From the NCBI GenBank assembly GCA_964566245.1, contig CAZMIB010000002.1:1-55761 (forward strand): DNA of 55,761 nucleotides, read 5' to 3'. The number at the start of each line of letters is the position of its first letter. Position 1 is the stretch's first letter. The translations under genes were made by a program, and so were the position numbers. This DNA comes from an uncultured Elusimicrobia bacterium (GTDB lineage Bacteria; Elusimicrobiota; Elusimicrobia; CAZMIB01). The notes beneath the pieces were generated by a model. That model was not told where the DNA came from. It worked only from the letters and a program-made list of their open reading frames with translations, and did no database searches. This document shows, piece after piece, positions 29,965 through 38,140 of this stretch.

Positions 29965-30810
29965 TCATCTCCATAGCCCCTTGATGACGAACATGATGTT
30001 TTCCTTCCGCTCCCTGAGGCGGCGGTAGAAATAGGGGAACCAATGCGTCCCGTACGGGACGTAAATCCGCAGGTTGTAGCCCGAGTCCACCAACCGCGGC
30101 CACAGCCGCGGCCGCAGGCCGTACAGCATCTGGAACTCGAACTTCGACGGCGAGACCCCTCGCGCCCGGGCGGCCTCCCGCGCGCGGTCGATGCGCTCGT
30201 CATCGTGGGTCGCGATGCCGTGGTAGCCCCCGGCGGACATCAGGCGGTCGGCCAGCGCGTCGAAGTTGCGGTTGACCTCCTCCTTCGTCGCGAAAGCGAC
30301 CGTGGCCGGCTCCTTGTACGCGCCCTTGCAGAGCCTTATCCGCGCCCCGGCCCTGAGCAGGGCCTCGACGTCCGCCGCGCTGCGCCGCAGCGAGGCCTGG
30401 ATCACCGGGCCGACGTTGCGGTGCGTCCGGAACACCTCGAAGAAGAGATCTAGGGTCCGCTGCGTGTAGGCCGAGCTCTCCATGTCGACGCGGATGAAGT
30501 TCCCGAGCCTCTCCGCCTCCTCGAGCACGCGCTCGAGGTTGTCCTTGCACAAGGCGGGGTCGAGGGCCAGGCCGAGTTGGGTCAGCTTCACGCTGACGTT
30601 CGCGTCGACCTCCGCCTCGGCGATGCGCCTCAAAAGCCGCTTGATTTCCTCGACTCCCGCGCGCGCCTGGTCGCGGTCCTTGACCTCCTCGCCGAGGAAG
30701 TCGAGCGAGACCTTCAGGCGCTGCTTATTGAGCCGCCGAGCCGCCTCGACCGCGTCATCCGCGGTTTCACCGGCCACGAAGCGCCTCGCGAGAAGCGTGA
30801 GGACTTTCAT
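29965..30810 (-). CDS. monofunctional proline dehydrogenase
   Basis: 281 aa. SLDFLGE, VSVKLTQLG, IRVDMESS, RLCKGAY, FQMLYG and YVPYG motifs of the PutA PRODH barrel. Confidence 0.88.
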   Translation of the reverse strand: MKVLTLLARRFVAGETADDAVEAARRLNKQRLKVSLDFLGEEVKDRDQARAGVEEIKRLLRRIAEAEVDANVSVKLTQLGLALDPALCKDNLERVLEEAERLGNFIRVDMESSAYTQRTLDLFFEVFRTHRNVGPVIQASLRRSAADVEALLRAGARIRLCKGAYKEPATVAFATKEEVNRNFDALADRLMSAGGYHGIATHDDERIDRAREAARARGVSPSKFEFQMLYGLRPRLWPRLVDSGYNLRIYVPYGTHWFPYFYRRLRERKENIMFVIKGLWR

Positions 30811-30855
30811 AGGAATCGAAAGGCTGGAGGCCCAATCTATCTTTTCCCGGCGGCG

Positions 30856-30884
30856 TTGACAAGGCGGCGGCGGTGGGCCATAAT
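30856..30884 (+). promoter_or_regulatory. sigma70-type promoter for the DUF4912/GH57 operon
   Basis: TTGACA (30856..30861), 17 nt, CATAAT (30879..30884), 16 nt before GTG 30901. Confidence 0.55.
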
Positions 30885-30900
30885 TTAGAGGCGAGGATTC

Positions 30901-31269
30901 GTGACACCCGACACCTGTCCCCTTTTCCCGACCTACGGCGAGGAGCGCCTGGTCTTGCTCCCCCGCGATCCCTGGTGGCTCTTCGCCTACTGGGAGCTAG
31001 GCCGCTCCGGCCCCGGCGAGCTTCGCCTGCTTTTCGAAGAAACCGGCGAGCTGGCGCTGTCGGTGCCTTGTGACCTCGGGTCTCGCCGCTTCTACCTCAA
31101 GGCCCCCCACCCGGGCCGGCGCTATATCGGCGTCCTGGGGCTGAAGCCCCAGCTCGACGCCTTCCAGCCGCTGCTGCGCTCGAGCGCGGTCGAGCTGCCC
31201 CACGGCCAAGCCGCGGACCGCGGCCAGCCCGCGCCGTCCAGCTTCGAGCTTCTGGCCAAGCGCCGGTGA
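30901..31269 (+). CDS. DUF4912-domain protein
   Basis: 122 aa. LVLLPRDPWWLFAYWEL signature. Overlaps and precedes a GH57 gene, the usual genomic partner. Confidence 0.75.
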   Translation: MTPDTCPLFPTYGEERLVLLPRDPWWLFAYWELGRSGPGELRLLFEETGELALSVPCDLGSRRFYLKAPHPGRRYIGVLGLKPQLDAFQPLLRSSAVELPHGQAADRGQPAPSSFELLAKRR

Positions 31270-32849
31270 AAGGTTTCCTGACGTTCGTCCTGCAGGCGCA
31301 TCTGCCCTTCATCCGCCATCCGGAGAGCGACTCCCACCTCGAGGAAAACTGGTTCTTCGAGGCGGTGATCGAGAGCTACGCCCCTCTCCTGGACGTCTTC
31401 GAGCGCCTGACCGCCGAGGGCGTCCCGGTCAAGATCGGCCTTTCGATCTCGTCGACCGTGGGGGCGATGCTCGAGGACGAGCTGCTGGGCCGGCGGCTGG
31501 CGCGCTACGCCGCGGCGCGCCTGGAGCTGGCCGAGCGGCGGCTGCGGGATCCCGATCCCAGGATCGCCGCGACCTCGGCGCTGTACGCGGATCGTTTGAA
31601 ACTGGCGCTCAAGGCGCTGGAGCGGGGACTTCTTTCCGGGTTTCGCGCGCTGGAGGAAGCCGGGGCCGTCGAGCTTCTGACCTCGACGGCGACGCACGGC
31701 CTGCTGCCGCTGCTGCTCTCCCGGGAGTCGCTGCGCGCCCAGGCCGAGGTGGCGCGGCGCGAGCACGCGCGGCGCTTCGGGAGAGCCCCGCGCGGCCTCT
31801 GGCTCGCCGAGTGCGCGATCGACGGGCGCGTCCCTTCAATCCTTAAGGAAGCCGGCTTCGCGTACACCTTCGTCGACCAGCACGCCTTGCTCAACGGCCG
31901 CCCGCGTCCGAGGCTCGGGACCCACGTCCCGGCCCGGACCTCCGAGGGCTGCTCTCTTTTCGCGCGAGACCTCGACACCGCGCGGCAGATCTGGAGCCCG
32001 ACCGCCGGCTTTCCGTGCGACCCGGTCTACCGCGAGTTCTACCGCGATCTGGGCTTCGACGGCGACCTCGAGCTGGTGCGCCCGTGCCTGGAGCCCGACG
32101 GCGTCCGCCGGAGCATCGGCCTCAAGTACCACCGCGTCACCGGCAAGCCCGACCTGGGGGAGAAGGAGCTATACGAGCCCGAGGCCGCGCGGCGCAAGAC
32201 CGAGGCCCACGCGGCCGCCTTCCTGCGCGACCGCTCGGTGCAGATCGAGCACCTCTCCAAGGGGCTCTCGGCCGTCCCGGTCGTCGCCGCGCTTTACGAC
32301 GCCGAGCTGTTCGGCCACTGGTGGCTCGAGGGGCCGTGGTTTTTGGAGTCGTTCCTGCGACAGGTCCACGCGCAGCGTCCGGACTTCGCGCTCGCGACGC
32401 CCACGGAGGCGCTCGCGGCGTCCGCGCACCCTCAACCCGTGGAGCCGGACCCGAGCTCCTGGGGCGACAAGGGCTATTTCGAGACCTGGCTCAACGGGAA
32501 CAACGACTGGATCTACCCGCACGTGCACGCGGTCGAGCGCAGGATGGCTTTGCTGGCGGGACGCTACCGCGGGCGGGCGATCGAGCCGCTGATGGAGCGC
32601 GCCTTGGCCCAATGCGCGCGCGAGGCGCTGCTGCTACAGGCCTCCGACTGGCCGTTCCTGATGTCGACCGGCCCCCACGCCGCCTACGCCAAGGCCCGCG
32701 TCGAGGCCCATGCCGCGGACTTCACGGCCTTGGCGGATCAGGCGGAGGCGGGAACGATCGACGAAGGAAAGCTCGCGGCGCTTGAGGCGAGAAACAACCT
32801 TTTCCCCGGCCTGGACTTCCGCGTCTTCGCGCCCTCGTCCGCGGGTTAG
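31266..32849 (+). CDS. GH57-family 1,4-alpha-glucan branching enzyme
   Basis: 527 aa. GFLTFVLQAHLPFIRHPE, WLAECA, ELFGHWW, C-terminal DUF1957-like helical domain. Confidence 0.9.
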   Translation: MKGFLTFVLQAHLPFIRHPESDSHLEENWFFEAVIESYAPLLDVFERLTAEGVPVKIGLSISSTVGAMLEDELLGRRLARYAAARLELAERRLRDPDPRIAATSALYADRLKLALKALERGLLSGFRALEEAGAVELLTSTATHGLLPLLLSRESLRAQAEVARREHARRFGRAPRGLWLAECAIDGRVPSILKEAGFAYTFVDQHALLNGRPRPRLGTHVPARTSEGCSLFARDLDTARQIWSPTAGFPCDPVYREFYRDLGFDGDLELVRPCLEPDGVRRSIGLKYHRVTGKPDLGEKELYEPEAARRKTEAHAAAFLRDRSVQIEHLSKGLSAVPVVAALYDAELFGHWWLEGPWFLESFLRQVHAQRPDFALATPTEALAASAHPQPVEPDPSSWGDKGYFETWLNGNNDWIYPHVHAVERRMALLAGRYRGRAIEPLMERALAQCAREALLLQASDWPFLMSTGPHAAYAKARVEAHAADFTALADQAEAGTIDEGKLAALEARNNLFPGLDFRVFAPSSAG

Positions 32850-33820
32850 CGGTACTCCTCGACGATCACGACGCCGGCGGAACCGTCACCGCCGGCGCCG
32901 CCGTTGGTTCCGTCGCCGCCTCCGCCGGCCGCGCCGTAGCCGCCGCCGGGGTAGCCGTCGAAGTGGCTTGCGGTTCCCGCCAAGCCGCCGTCTCCGAGGC
33001 GGCTGGAACCTCCGTTACCTGGAAGGCACGGGGACATGCCGCATCCCATTGGCGGAGCCGTCCCCGCGCTGCCCTTGATATTTATGTCGCAATTCGAGGC
33101 GCCGCCCCCGCCGCCTGGAACGTACGTTGAGGAAGCTCCGCCGCCTCCGCTGGCTCTAAACGAAAGAAAGGCCGAGTTCCCGCCGCCCGTGCCGGGCTCT
33201 CCCATGCTGCCGGTGTGCCCGGCGCCGCCCGTTCCGGCCGCGCCGACGGTCACCGGCACGGAGTTGATCGAGCTAGCATCCATGAAGGATTCGCAATAAC
33301 CCGCGCCGCCGCCCCCTCCGCCCAGCCGAGACCCAAAACCGCCCCCTCCGCCGCCGACCATGCGCACGCGTATCGTCTTGACGCCGGAGGGCTTGCTCCA
33401 GGCGCCGTTCGAGGTGAAAATCTGCTGGGTCATGCCGGTGCCGCCGAAGCTTCCCCAGGCGCCGTTCTGGAAGGCGCGGAACTGGTTCGTCGCCGTGTTG
33501 TAGTAGATCATGCCGTTCACGGAGGCCGTCGGATCGGGCTCGGTCCCGGAGGCCGCGCGGAGTTGGCCGCCGACGTCCAACGTGCTCGAGGGGGACGGCG
33601 TCCCGATTCCAACCTTGCCGCCGTCTCGGGCGAGCAAGGTCTGGTCGGTGGTCGTCAGGTTCGCGTAAATCCCGAGCGGCGAGGGATAGTAGGCGTTCAG
33701 GACCAGGCTTTCAGAGCCTAGCTCGCGAGGCAGGACGCCGATGACGGCCAGCGCCAACCAGCTAAGAGGAAAACGGACGCTGAGGGGGCGACGAGCACGT
33801 CGCGGCACGCGTCGGGACAT
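32846..33820 (-). CDS. tail-fibre-like N-module + glycine-rich domain protein (secreted or anchored)
   Basis: 324 aa. N-terminal hydrophobic segment. GKVGIGTPSPSSTLDVGG and GMIYYNTATNQFRAFQNGAW motifs common in phage-tail-fibre-like proteins. Then repeated GGGGG blocks (MVGGGGGGFGSRLGGGGGGAGY...GGGGDGTNGGAGGDGSAGVVIVEEY). Confidence 0.7.
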   Translation of the reverse strand: MSRRVPRRARRPLSVRFPLSWLALAVIGVLPRELGSESLVLNAYYPSPLGIYANLTTTDQTLLARDGGKVGIGTPSPSSTLDVGGQLRAASGTEPDPTASVNGMIYYNTATNQFRAFQNGAWGSFGGTGMTQQIFTSNGAWSKPSGVKTIRVRMVGGGGGGFGSRLGGGGGGAGYCESFMDASSINSVPVTVGAAGTGGAGHTGSMGEPGTGGGNSAFLSFRASGGGGASSTYVPGGGGGASNCDINIKGSAGTAPPMGCGMSPCLPGNGGSSRLGDGGLAGTASHFDGYPGGGYGAAGGGGDGTNGGAGGDGSAGVVIVEEYR

Positions 33821-33903
33821 GGGGCCTCGCGCGATAGTGTAGCCCCGGTCGCGGAGGAATTCAAGACCACTTACCCCTTACCTTTTCCGCGAACGACGCT
33901 GAA

Positions 33904-33939
33904 CCCCTCACCCTAGCCCTCTCCCTCAAGGGGAGAGGG
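33904..33939 (+). repeat. REP-like hairpin element copy
   Basis: CCCCTCACCCTAGCCCTCTCCCTCAAGGGGAGAGGG, 25 nt downstream (in minus-strand sense) of the rho-fragment stop. An extra GGGGGAGAGG lies at 33951..33960. Confidence 0.6.
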
Positions 33940-33963
33940 CATCCAGAGAAGGGGGAGAGGATC

Positions 33964-34288
33964 TCAGCTCAAGGAGGCCAGCAAGGCGGCGTTGTTCTTG
34001 TGGCTCTTCAGAAGCTCGTGGAGGGTCTTGGTCGCCTCAAGATCGCCCATCGAGGCCAAGGCCCGCCTCAGCTTCCAGACGCCCTCCAAGGTCGGCGGGG
34101 GGAGCAGCAGCTCCTCCTTGCGCGTTCCGGTCTGGCGCACGTTCAACGCCGGGAAGACGCGCTGCTCGGCGGCCTGCCTCGAGAGCACGAGCTCCATGTT
34201 GCCGGTGCCCTTGAACTCCTGGAAGATGATGTCGTCCATCTTGCTGCCGGTCTCGACGAGGATGGTCGCCAAGATCGTCAGCGAGCCG
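33964..34288 (-). pseudogene. detached duplicate of the rho 3' end (last ~108 codons), no start or promoter of its own
   Basis: Encodes GSLTILATILVETGSKMDD...HKNNAALLASLS*, identical in amino acids to the C-terminus of rho (35829..37202). Upstream the frame runs into unrelated sequence and a TGA. Confidence 0.85.
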
Positions 34289-34480
34289 GCAGCCGGCGGA
34301 GCTAGAAAGCGAGGAGAAACTCCAACAGCGGCACCATAAGAATGCGGGCTTCCTCATCCCATGCGTAGGCGTCGCGGGCAACCACCAGCCCATGGGATGA
34401 TTTAAACCGACTCATGAAATGTTAAGCAAGCTCCGCCGCCGTCTCGGGCGAGTGCCCGCCGGAACCAGCCGCTGTACTTA

Positions 34481-34528
34481 TTTGCCCGCAAGCAAAATTT
34501 ACCACGGTATTTTTTGCTTTCACGCAAA
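34481..34528 (+). promoter_or_regulatory. two TTTGC-N6-GCAAA palindromes upstream of the second DUF4143 ATPase (operator-like)
   Basis: TTTGCccgcaaGCAAA (34481..34496) and TTTTGCtttcacGCAAAA (34512..34529). Centres are 32 bp apart, in an AT-rich stretch just 5' of ATG 34549. Confidence 0.35.
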
Positions 34529-34548
34529 ATATTTTATACCCTAAAGGC

Positions 34549-35721
34549 ATGCTCAGGAACCGCTATGTCGGCGCAGCGGCGCTTGAAGACCTCGCGAGGA
34601 AGATGGTCTTCATCGCGGGCCCGCGCCAGATCGGCAAGACGACTTTGGCCAAGGACCTCATCGGCGGCCAGTTCAAGGAAACCGCCTATTTCAACTGGGA
34701 CAACCAGCAGGAGCGGCGGCAGCTCATGTCCGGCCGGTGGCCGGCCGCGGCCCAGTTGGTCGTCCTCGACGAGATTCACAAGTTCAAGGGTTGGAAACGC
34801 TTCCTTAAGGGCCAATACGATACCCTCAAGGACAAGCACCGCATCCTGGTCACGGGAAGCGCGCGTTTGGATATCTACCGCAAGGGCGGCGATTCGCTCC
34901 AAGGCCGCTACCATCTCTACCGTCTGCACCCGTTCTCGCTGGCGGAGCTGCCGGGCGGCGAGAGGCCTATCGAGCCGTTCAAGGCGCTGCCGCTGGATTC
35001 AGCCGCGCCGCGAAGCAGCCTGGACGCCTTGGAGAAATTCGGAGGATTTCCCGAGCCCTTCTTGTCCCAGGAGGAACGAACGCTGCGGCGCTGGCATAAC
35101 GAGCGGAACGACCGCCTCTTTCGCCAGGACATCCGGGACGTGGAAGCGATTCGCGACCTGGGGCGCATGAAGCTCCTGGGCGACATGCTCCCGGACAAGG
35201 TCGGGGCCCTGCTCTCGATCAATGCGATCCGCGAGGACCTGGAAGTGAGCCACCGCGCCGTCGCGCACTGGCTGGATATACTGGAGTCCTTCTACTACCA
35301 CTTCCGCGTCTATCCCTACGCGCGTTCCGCTTTCCGCGCGCTCAAGAAGGTTCCCAAGCTGTACCTATGGGATTGGTCGGAAGTCACCGACGAGGCGGCG
35401 CGCTTCGAGAACCTCGTCGCCTCTCACCTCCTAAAGCTCGTCCATTGGCTGCAGGACCGGGAGGGCTACAAGGTCGGGCTGCATTTCCTCCGCGACGACG
35501 CCAAGCGGGAGGTGGATTTCCTCGTCACGGCCGATGAGAAACCTTGGGTCCCGGTCGAGGTCAATTAGCAGGACCAAAGAGTTTCGTCGCACCATCGATA
35601 CTTACGAGAGACACCGAAAATCCCCTTAACAAACCAGGTGCTCAAGAAGCAGGGGGTGGATGTCCTCAGCAACGGGACCCGGGTCGTCTCGGCCGGCAAG
35701 TTCCTGGCCGCGCTGATCTGA
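34549..35721 (+). pseudogene. AAA_14/DUF4143-family ATPase (paralog 2) interrupted by an in-frame TAG at 35566..35568
   Basis: ORF 34549..35568 (GPRQIGKTT, LDEIHK, TGSARLDIYRKGGDSLQGRY) stops at ...PVEVN*. The same frame continues QDQRVSSHHRYLRETPKIPLTNQVLKKQGVDVLSNGTRVVSAGKFLAALI* to TGA 35719..35721. That tail aligns with the C-terminus of paralog 1 (AEAKLSSRTMEPHHLLHAAKVGGVPVVQLLLEPDVVRADKNGAYVVSAARFF). Confidence 0.8.
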
Positions 35722-35766
35722 AAACGGCCGGACGCTGATGCGGCCTCGGAAGTCAAGACCACTCTC

Positions 35767-35803
35767 CCCCTCACCCCCACCCTCTCCCTTTCGGGAGAGA
35801 GGG
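35767..35803 (+). repeat. REP-like hairpin element copy
   Basis: CCCCTCACCCCCACCCTCTCCCTTTCGGGAGAGAGGG, just downstream (in minus-strand sense) of the rho stop. Confidence 0.6.
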
Positions 35804-35828
35804 AGACCCGTGAAGGGGCCGGCAGACA

Positions 35829-37202
35829 TCAACTCAGGGACGCTAGGAGCGCGGCGTTGTTTTTGTGGCTCTTCAGGAGCTCGTGAAGCGTCTTGGTGGC
35901 TTCCAGGTCGCCCATAGAGGCCAGGGCCCGGCGCAACTTCCAGACGCCCTCCAAGGTCGGAGGCGGAAGCAGCAACTCTTCCTTGCGCGTTCCGGTCTGG
36001 CGCACGTTCAACGCCGGGAAGACGCGCTGCTCGGCGGCCTGCCTCGAGAGCACGAGCTCCATGTTGCCGGTGCCCTTGAACTCCTGGAAGATGATGTCGT
36101 CCATCTTGCTGCCGGTCTCGACGAGAATGGTCGCGAGAATCGTCAGCGAGCCGCCCTCCTCGAGGCAGCGCGCGGCGCCGAAGAAGCGGCGCGGCGTCTC
36201 CATGGCCCTGGCGTCGAGACCGCCGGTCATCGTGCGCGTGCTCGGCGTGGCGCGATTGTGCGCCCGCGCCAGGCGGGTCAGCGAGTCGAGCAGAACGAGG
36301 ACGTCCTTGCCGGCCGCCGCCTCGCGCATCGCGCGCTCCAGAACCTCCGCGGCCACCGAGATATGCTCGTCATTCGGGCGGTCGGATGAGGACGCGACGA
36401 CCTCCGCCGGCACGCTGCGCTTGAACTCGGTGACTTCCTCGGGCCGCTCGTCGACGAGCAGGCAGTACAGCTTCATGTCCGGCGCGGCCCCGTGGACGGC
36501 TTGGCAGATTTGCCTGAGCAAGGTCGTCTTGCCGGCCTTCGGCGGCGAGACGATCAACCCGCGCTGGCCCTTGCCGATCGGAGACAGCAAGTCGATCGCC
36601 CTGGTCGAGGGATCGGACAGGCCCGACTCCAGGCGTATCCAGTCCTTCGGGGCGATCGCCGTCTTTCCTTTATAGAGCTCATCGGCGGACGGCCGAGACG
36701 GCGGCGGGGCCGGCCTGAAATCGCGCCGTTGCTGAGACGGACCGTGGCGGCGATTGTTGAAACCCCCCTCGCGCCGCGGCCCATGCCCGCCGTGTCCTCC
36801 GTGACCGCCCTGTCCGCCGTGGCCGCCGTGGCCGCCTTGGCCGTGGCCGCCGCCCTGACGATTGCCGCCTTGACCGCCGAAACCTTGGCCCCCGTGCCCG
36901 CCTTGGCCCTGGCCGTGGCGCCCGCCCTGCCCGCCTTGGCCGCCTTGGCCGTGGTGGCCGCCTTGCCCGCCCTGGCCGCCTTGACCGAAATGGCCGCCCT
37001 GACCGCCCTGGCCTCCCCCTCCGTGACGGCGGCCGCCTTGGCCCCCATGCCCGCCTTGACCGCCGTGGCCTCCCTGCCCCCCGTGGCCGCCTTGACCGCC
37101 GTGGCCCCCCTGGCCCGAGTGTCCTCCACCCTGGCCGCCCTGGCCTTGACCGCCAAATCCACCCCTGTCGTTGCGGCCTGGCCGCCGGTCTGGATGTCTC
37201 AT
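35829..37202 (-). CDS. rho: Rho-type transcription termination ATPase with a Gly/Gln/His-repeat N-terminus instead of the canonical RNA-binding NTD
   Basis: 457 aa. C-terminal ~300 aa colinear with Rho (DLLSPIGKGQRGLIVSPPKAGKTTLL Walker A, LLVDERPEEV, VLLDSLTRLARA, TGGLD, TILATILVETGSKMDDIIFQEFKGTGNMELVL). Start overlaps the rluD stop (ATGA). Confidence 0.88.
   Translation of the reverse strand: MRHPDRRPGRNDRGGFGGQGQGGQGGGHSGQGGHGGQGGHGGQGGHGGQGGHGGQGGRRHGGGGQGGQGGHFGQGGQGGQGGHHGQGGQGGQGGRHGQGQGGHGGQGFGGQGGNRQGGGHGQGGHGGHGGQGGHGGHGGHGPRREGGFNNRRHGPSQQRRDFRPAPPPSRPSADELYKGKTAIAPKDWIRLESGLSDPSTRAIDLLSPIGKGQRGLIVSPPKAGKTTLLRQICQAVHGAAPDMKLYCLLVDERPEEVTEFKRSVPAEVVASSSDRPNDEHISVAAEVLERAMREAAAGKDVLVLLDSLTRLARAHNRATPSTRTMTGGLDARAMETPRRFFGAARCLEEGGSLTILATILVETGSKMDDIIFQEFKGTGNMELVLSRQAAEQRVFPALNVRQTGTRKEELLLPPPTLEGVWKLRRALASMGDLEATKTLHELLKSHKNNAALLASLS
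36750..37170 (-). repeat. coding low-complexity tandem repeat (about 18-nt period, GGHGGQ units) in the rho 5' region
   Basis: Translated GQGGHGGQGGHGGQGGHGGQGGHGGQGG...GGHGGHGGQGGHGGHGGHG. DNA consists of imperfect GCCGCC(T/G)TGGCC-type units. Confidence 0.8.
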
Positions 37203-38140
37203 TTTTTCTTTCGGCTCCCGGCCCCGCTAGGGACCTTGGCCCCCTTAAGGGCCTTCCAGTATGCGACGAAATCCTTGGGCAGCTCGGCCGCGCAGCGGAC
37301 CGGCTTGCCGGTCCTGGGATGCGCGAACTCGAGCCGGTACGCGTGCAGCATCATGCGGGCCGGCGCCGGCAGCCCGGGCGTCTTGGCGTCGGGGTCTCCC
37401 GCGACCGGATGCCCGGCGAGAGTCAGGTGCGCCCGGATCTGGTGCGTGCGCCCGGTCAGCGGGCGGGCCTCGACGAGCGTCGCCTTCGCCGCCCGCTCGA
37501 GCACCTCGTACTCGGTCACCGCGTCGCGCCCCAGCTTCGAGACGGCCATCCTGCGACCCTCGCGGCCGATCGGCGCGTCGATCGTTCCGTTCTCCCGCGC
37601 CACCTGGCCCGCGACGATCGCGCGGTAGGCTTTCTTGACCTCGCGGTCCCGGAACGCGACCGAAAAACTCTCATGCGCCGCGGCCGTCTTCGCGATCAAC
37701 AGCACGCCGGAGGTCTCGCGGTCGAGGCGGTGCACGAGCCCGACGCGCGGCAGATTCGCGAGCTCGGGCCTCAGTCGCTGCAGCAGCGAGACGACGGTCG
37801 GCTCCGCCTCGGCCAGCGCGGCGTCGGGCCGGGCCAGCCAGCTCGTCCCGACCGGATGCATCAGCAGCCCGGACGGCTTGTCCAGCACCAGCAGCTCGTC
37901 GTCCTCGAGCAAGATGCATCTCGCGAGGTCCGGCCCCGCCGGCTCCTCCGGCCAGACGACGAGGACCGTTTCCCCCTGCTTCACGCGGTACGAGCTGTCC
38001 CGCTTATGTCCGCCGACGGTCACGTTGCCGCGCTCGATCAGGCCCTTGAGAAAGACCCGGCTGAAGCCGTTCAAACGCTGGGCAAGAAAGGCGTCCAGCC
38101 TCAAGCCCCCTTCCTCGCAAACGATCTCGGTCTGTTTCAT
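37199..38140 (-). CDS. rluD: RluA/RluD-family 23S rRNA pseudouridine synthase
   Basis: ATG 38140 (ATGA overlap with the lgt stop). S4-like N-terminus. HRLDRETSGVLL catalytic motif. TGRTHQIRAH. Confidence 0.9.
   Translation of the reverse strand: MKQTEIVCEEGGLRLDAFLAQRLNGFSRVFLKGLIERGNVTVGGHKRDSSYRVKQGETVLVVWPEEPAGPDLARCILLEDDELLVLDKPSGLLMHPVGTSWLARPDAALAEAEPTVVSLLQRLRPELANLPRVGLVHRLDRETSGVLLIAKTAAAHESFSVAFRDREVKKAYRAIVAGQVARENGTIDAPIGREGRRMAVSKLGRDAVTEYEVLERAAKATLVEARPLTGRTHQIRAHLTLAGHPVAGDPDAKTPGLPAPARMMLHAYRLEFAHPRTGKPVRCAAELPKDFVAYWKALKGAKVPSGAGSRKKK

Noticed and set aside
34290-34402. 37-codon minus-strand ORF (MSRFKSSHGLVVARDAYAWDEEARILMVPLLEFLLAF*) at the inner junction of the left rho repeat
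   Set aside because: It is too short, has no RBS and no recognisable motif. It may be a remnant of whatever was carried in the cassette, but this cannot be supported.
33853-36153. Classical integrative element (integrase plus att sites) or IS element as the explanation of the rho duplication
   Set aside because: No integrase, transposase, terminal inverted repeats or tRNA gene occur in or near the 1.45-kb insert. The observation is therefore reported as a duplication or cassette of unknown mechanism, with assembly chimerism as the alternative explanation.
36750-37170. Short-period repeats considered as a possible CRISPR array or VNTR
   Set aside because: The units are contiguous with no spacers, lie in frame inside rho, and encode Gly-rich repeats. 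They are annotated as a coding low-complexity repeat instead.
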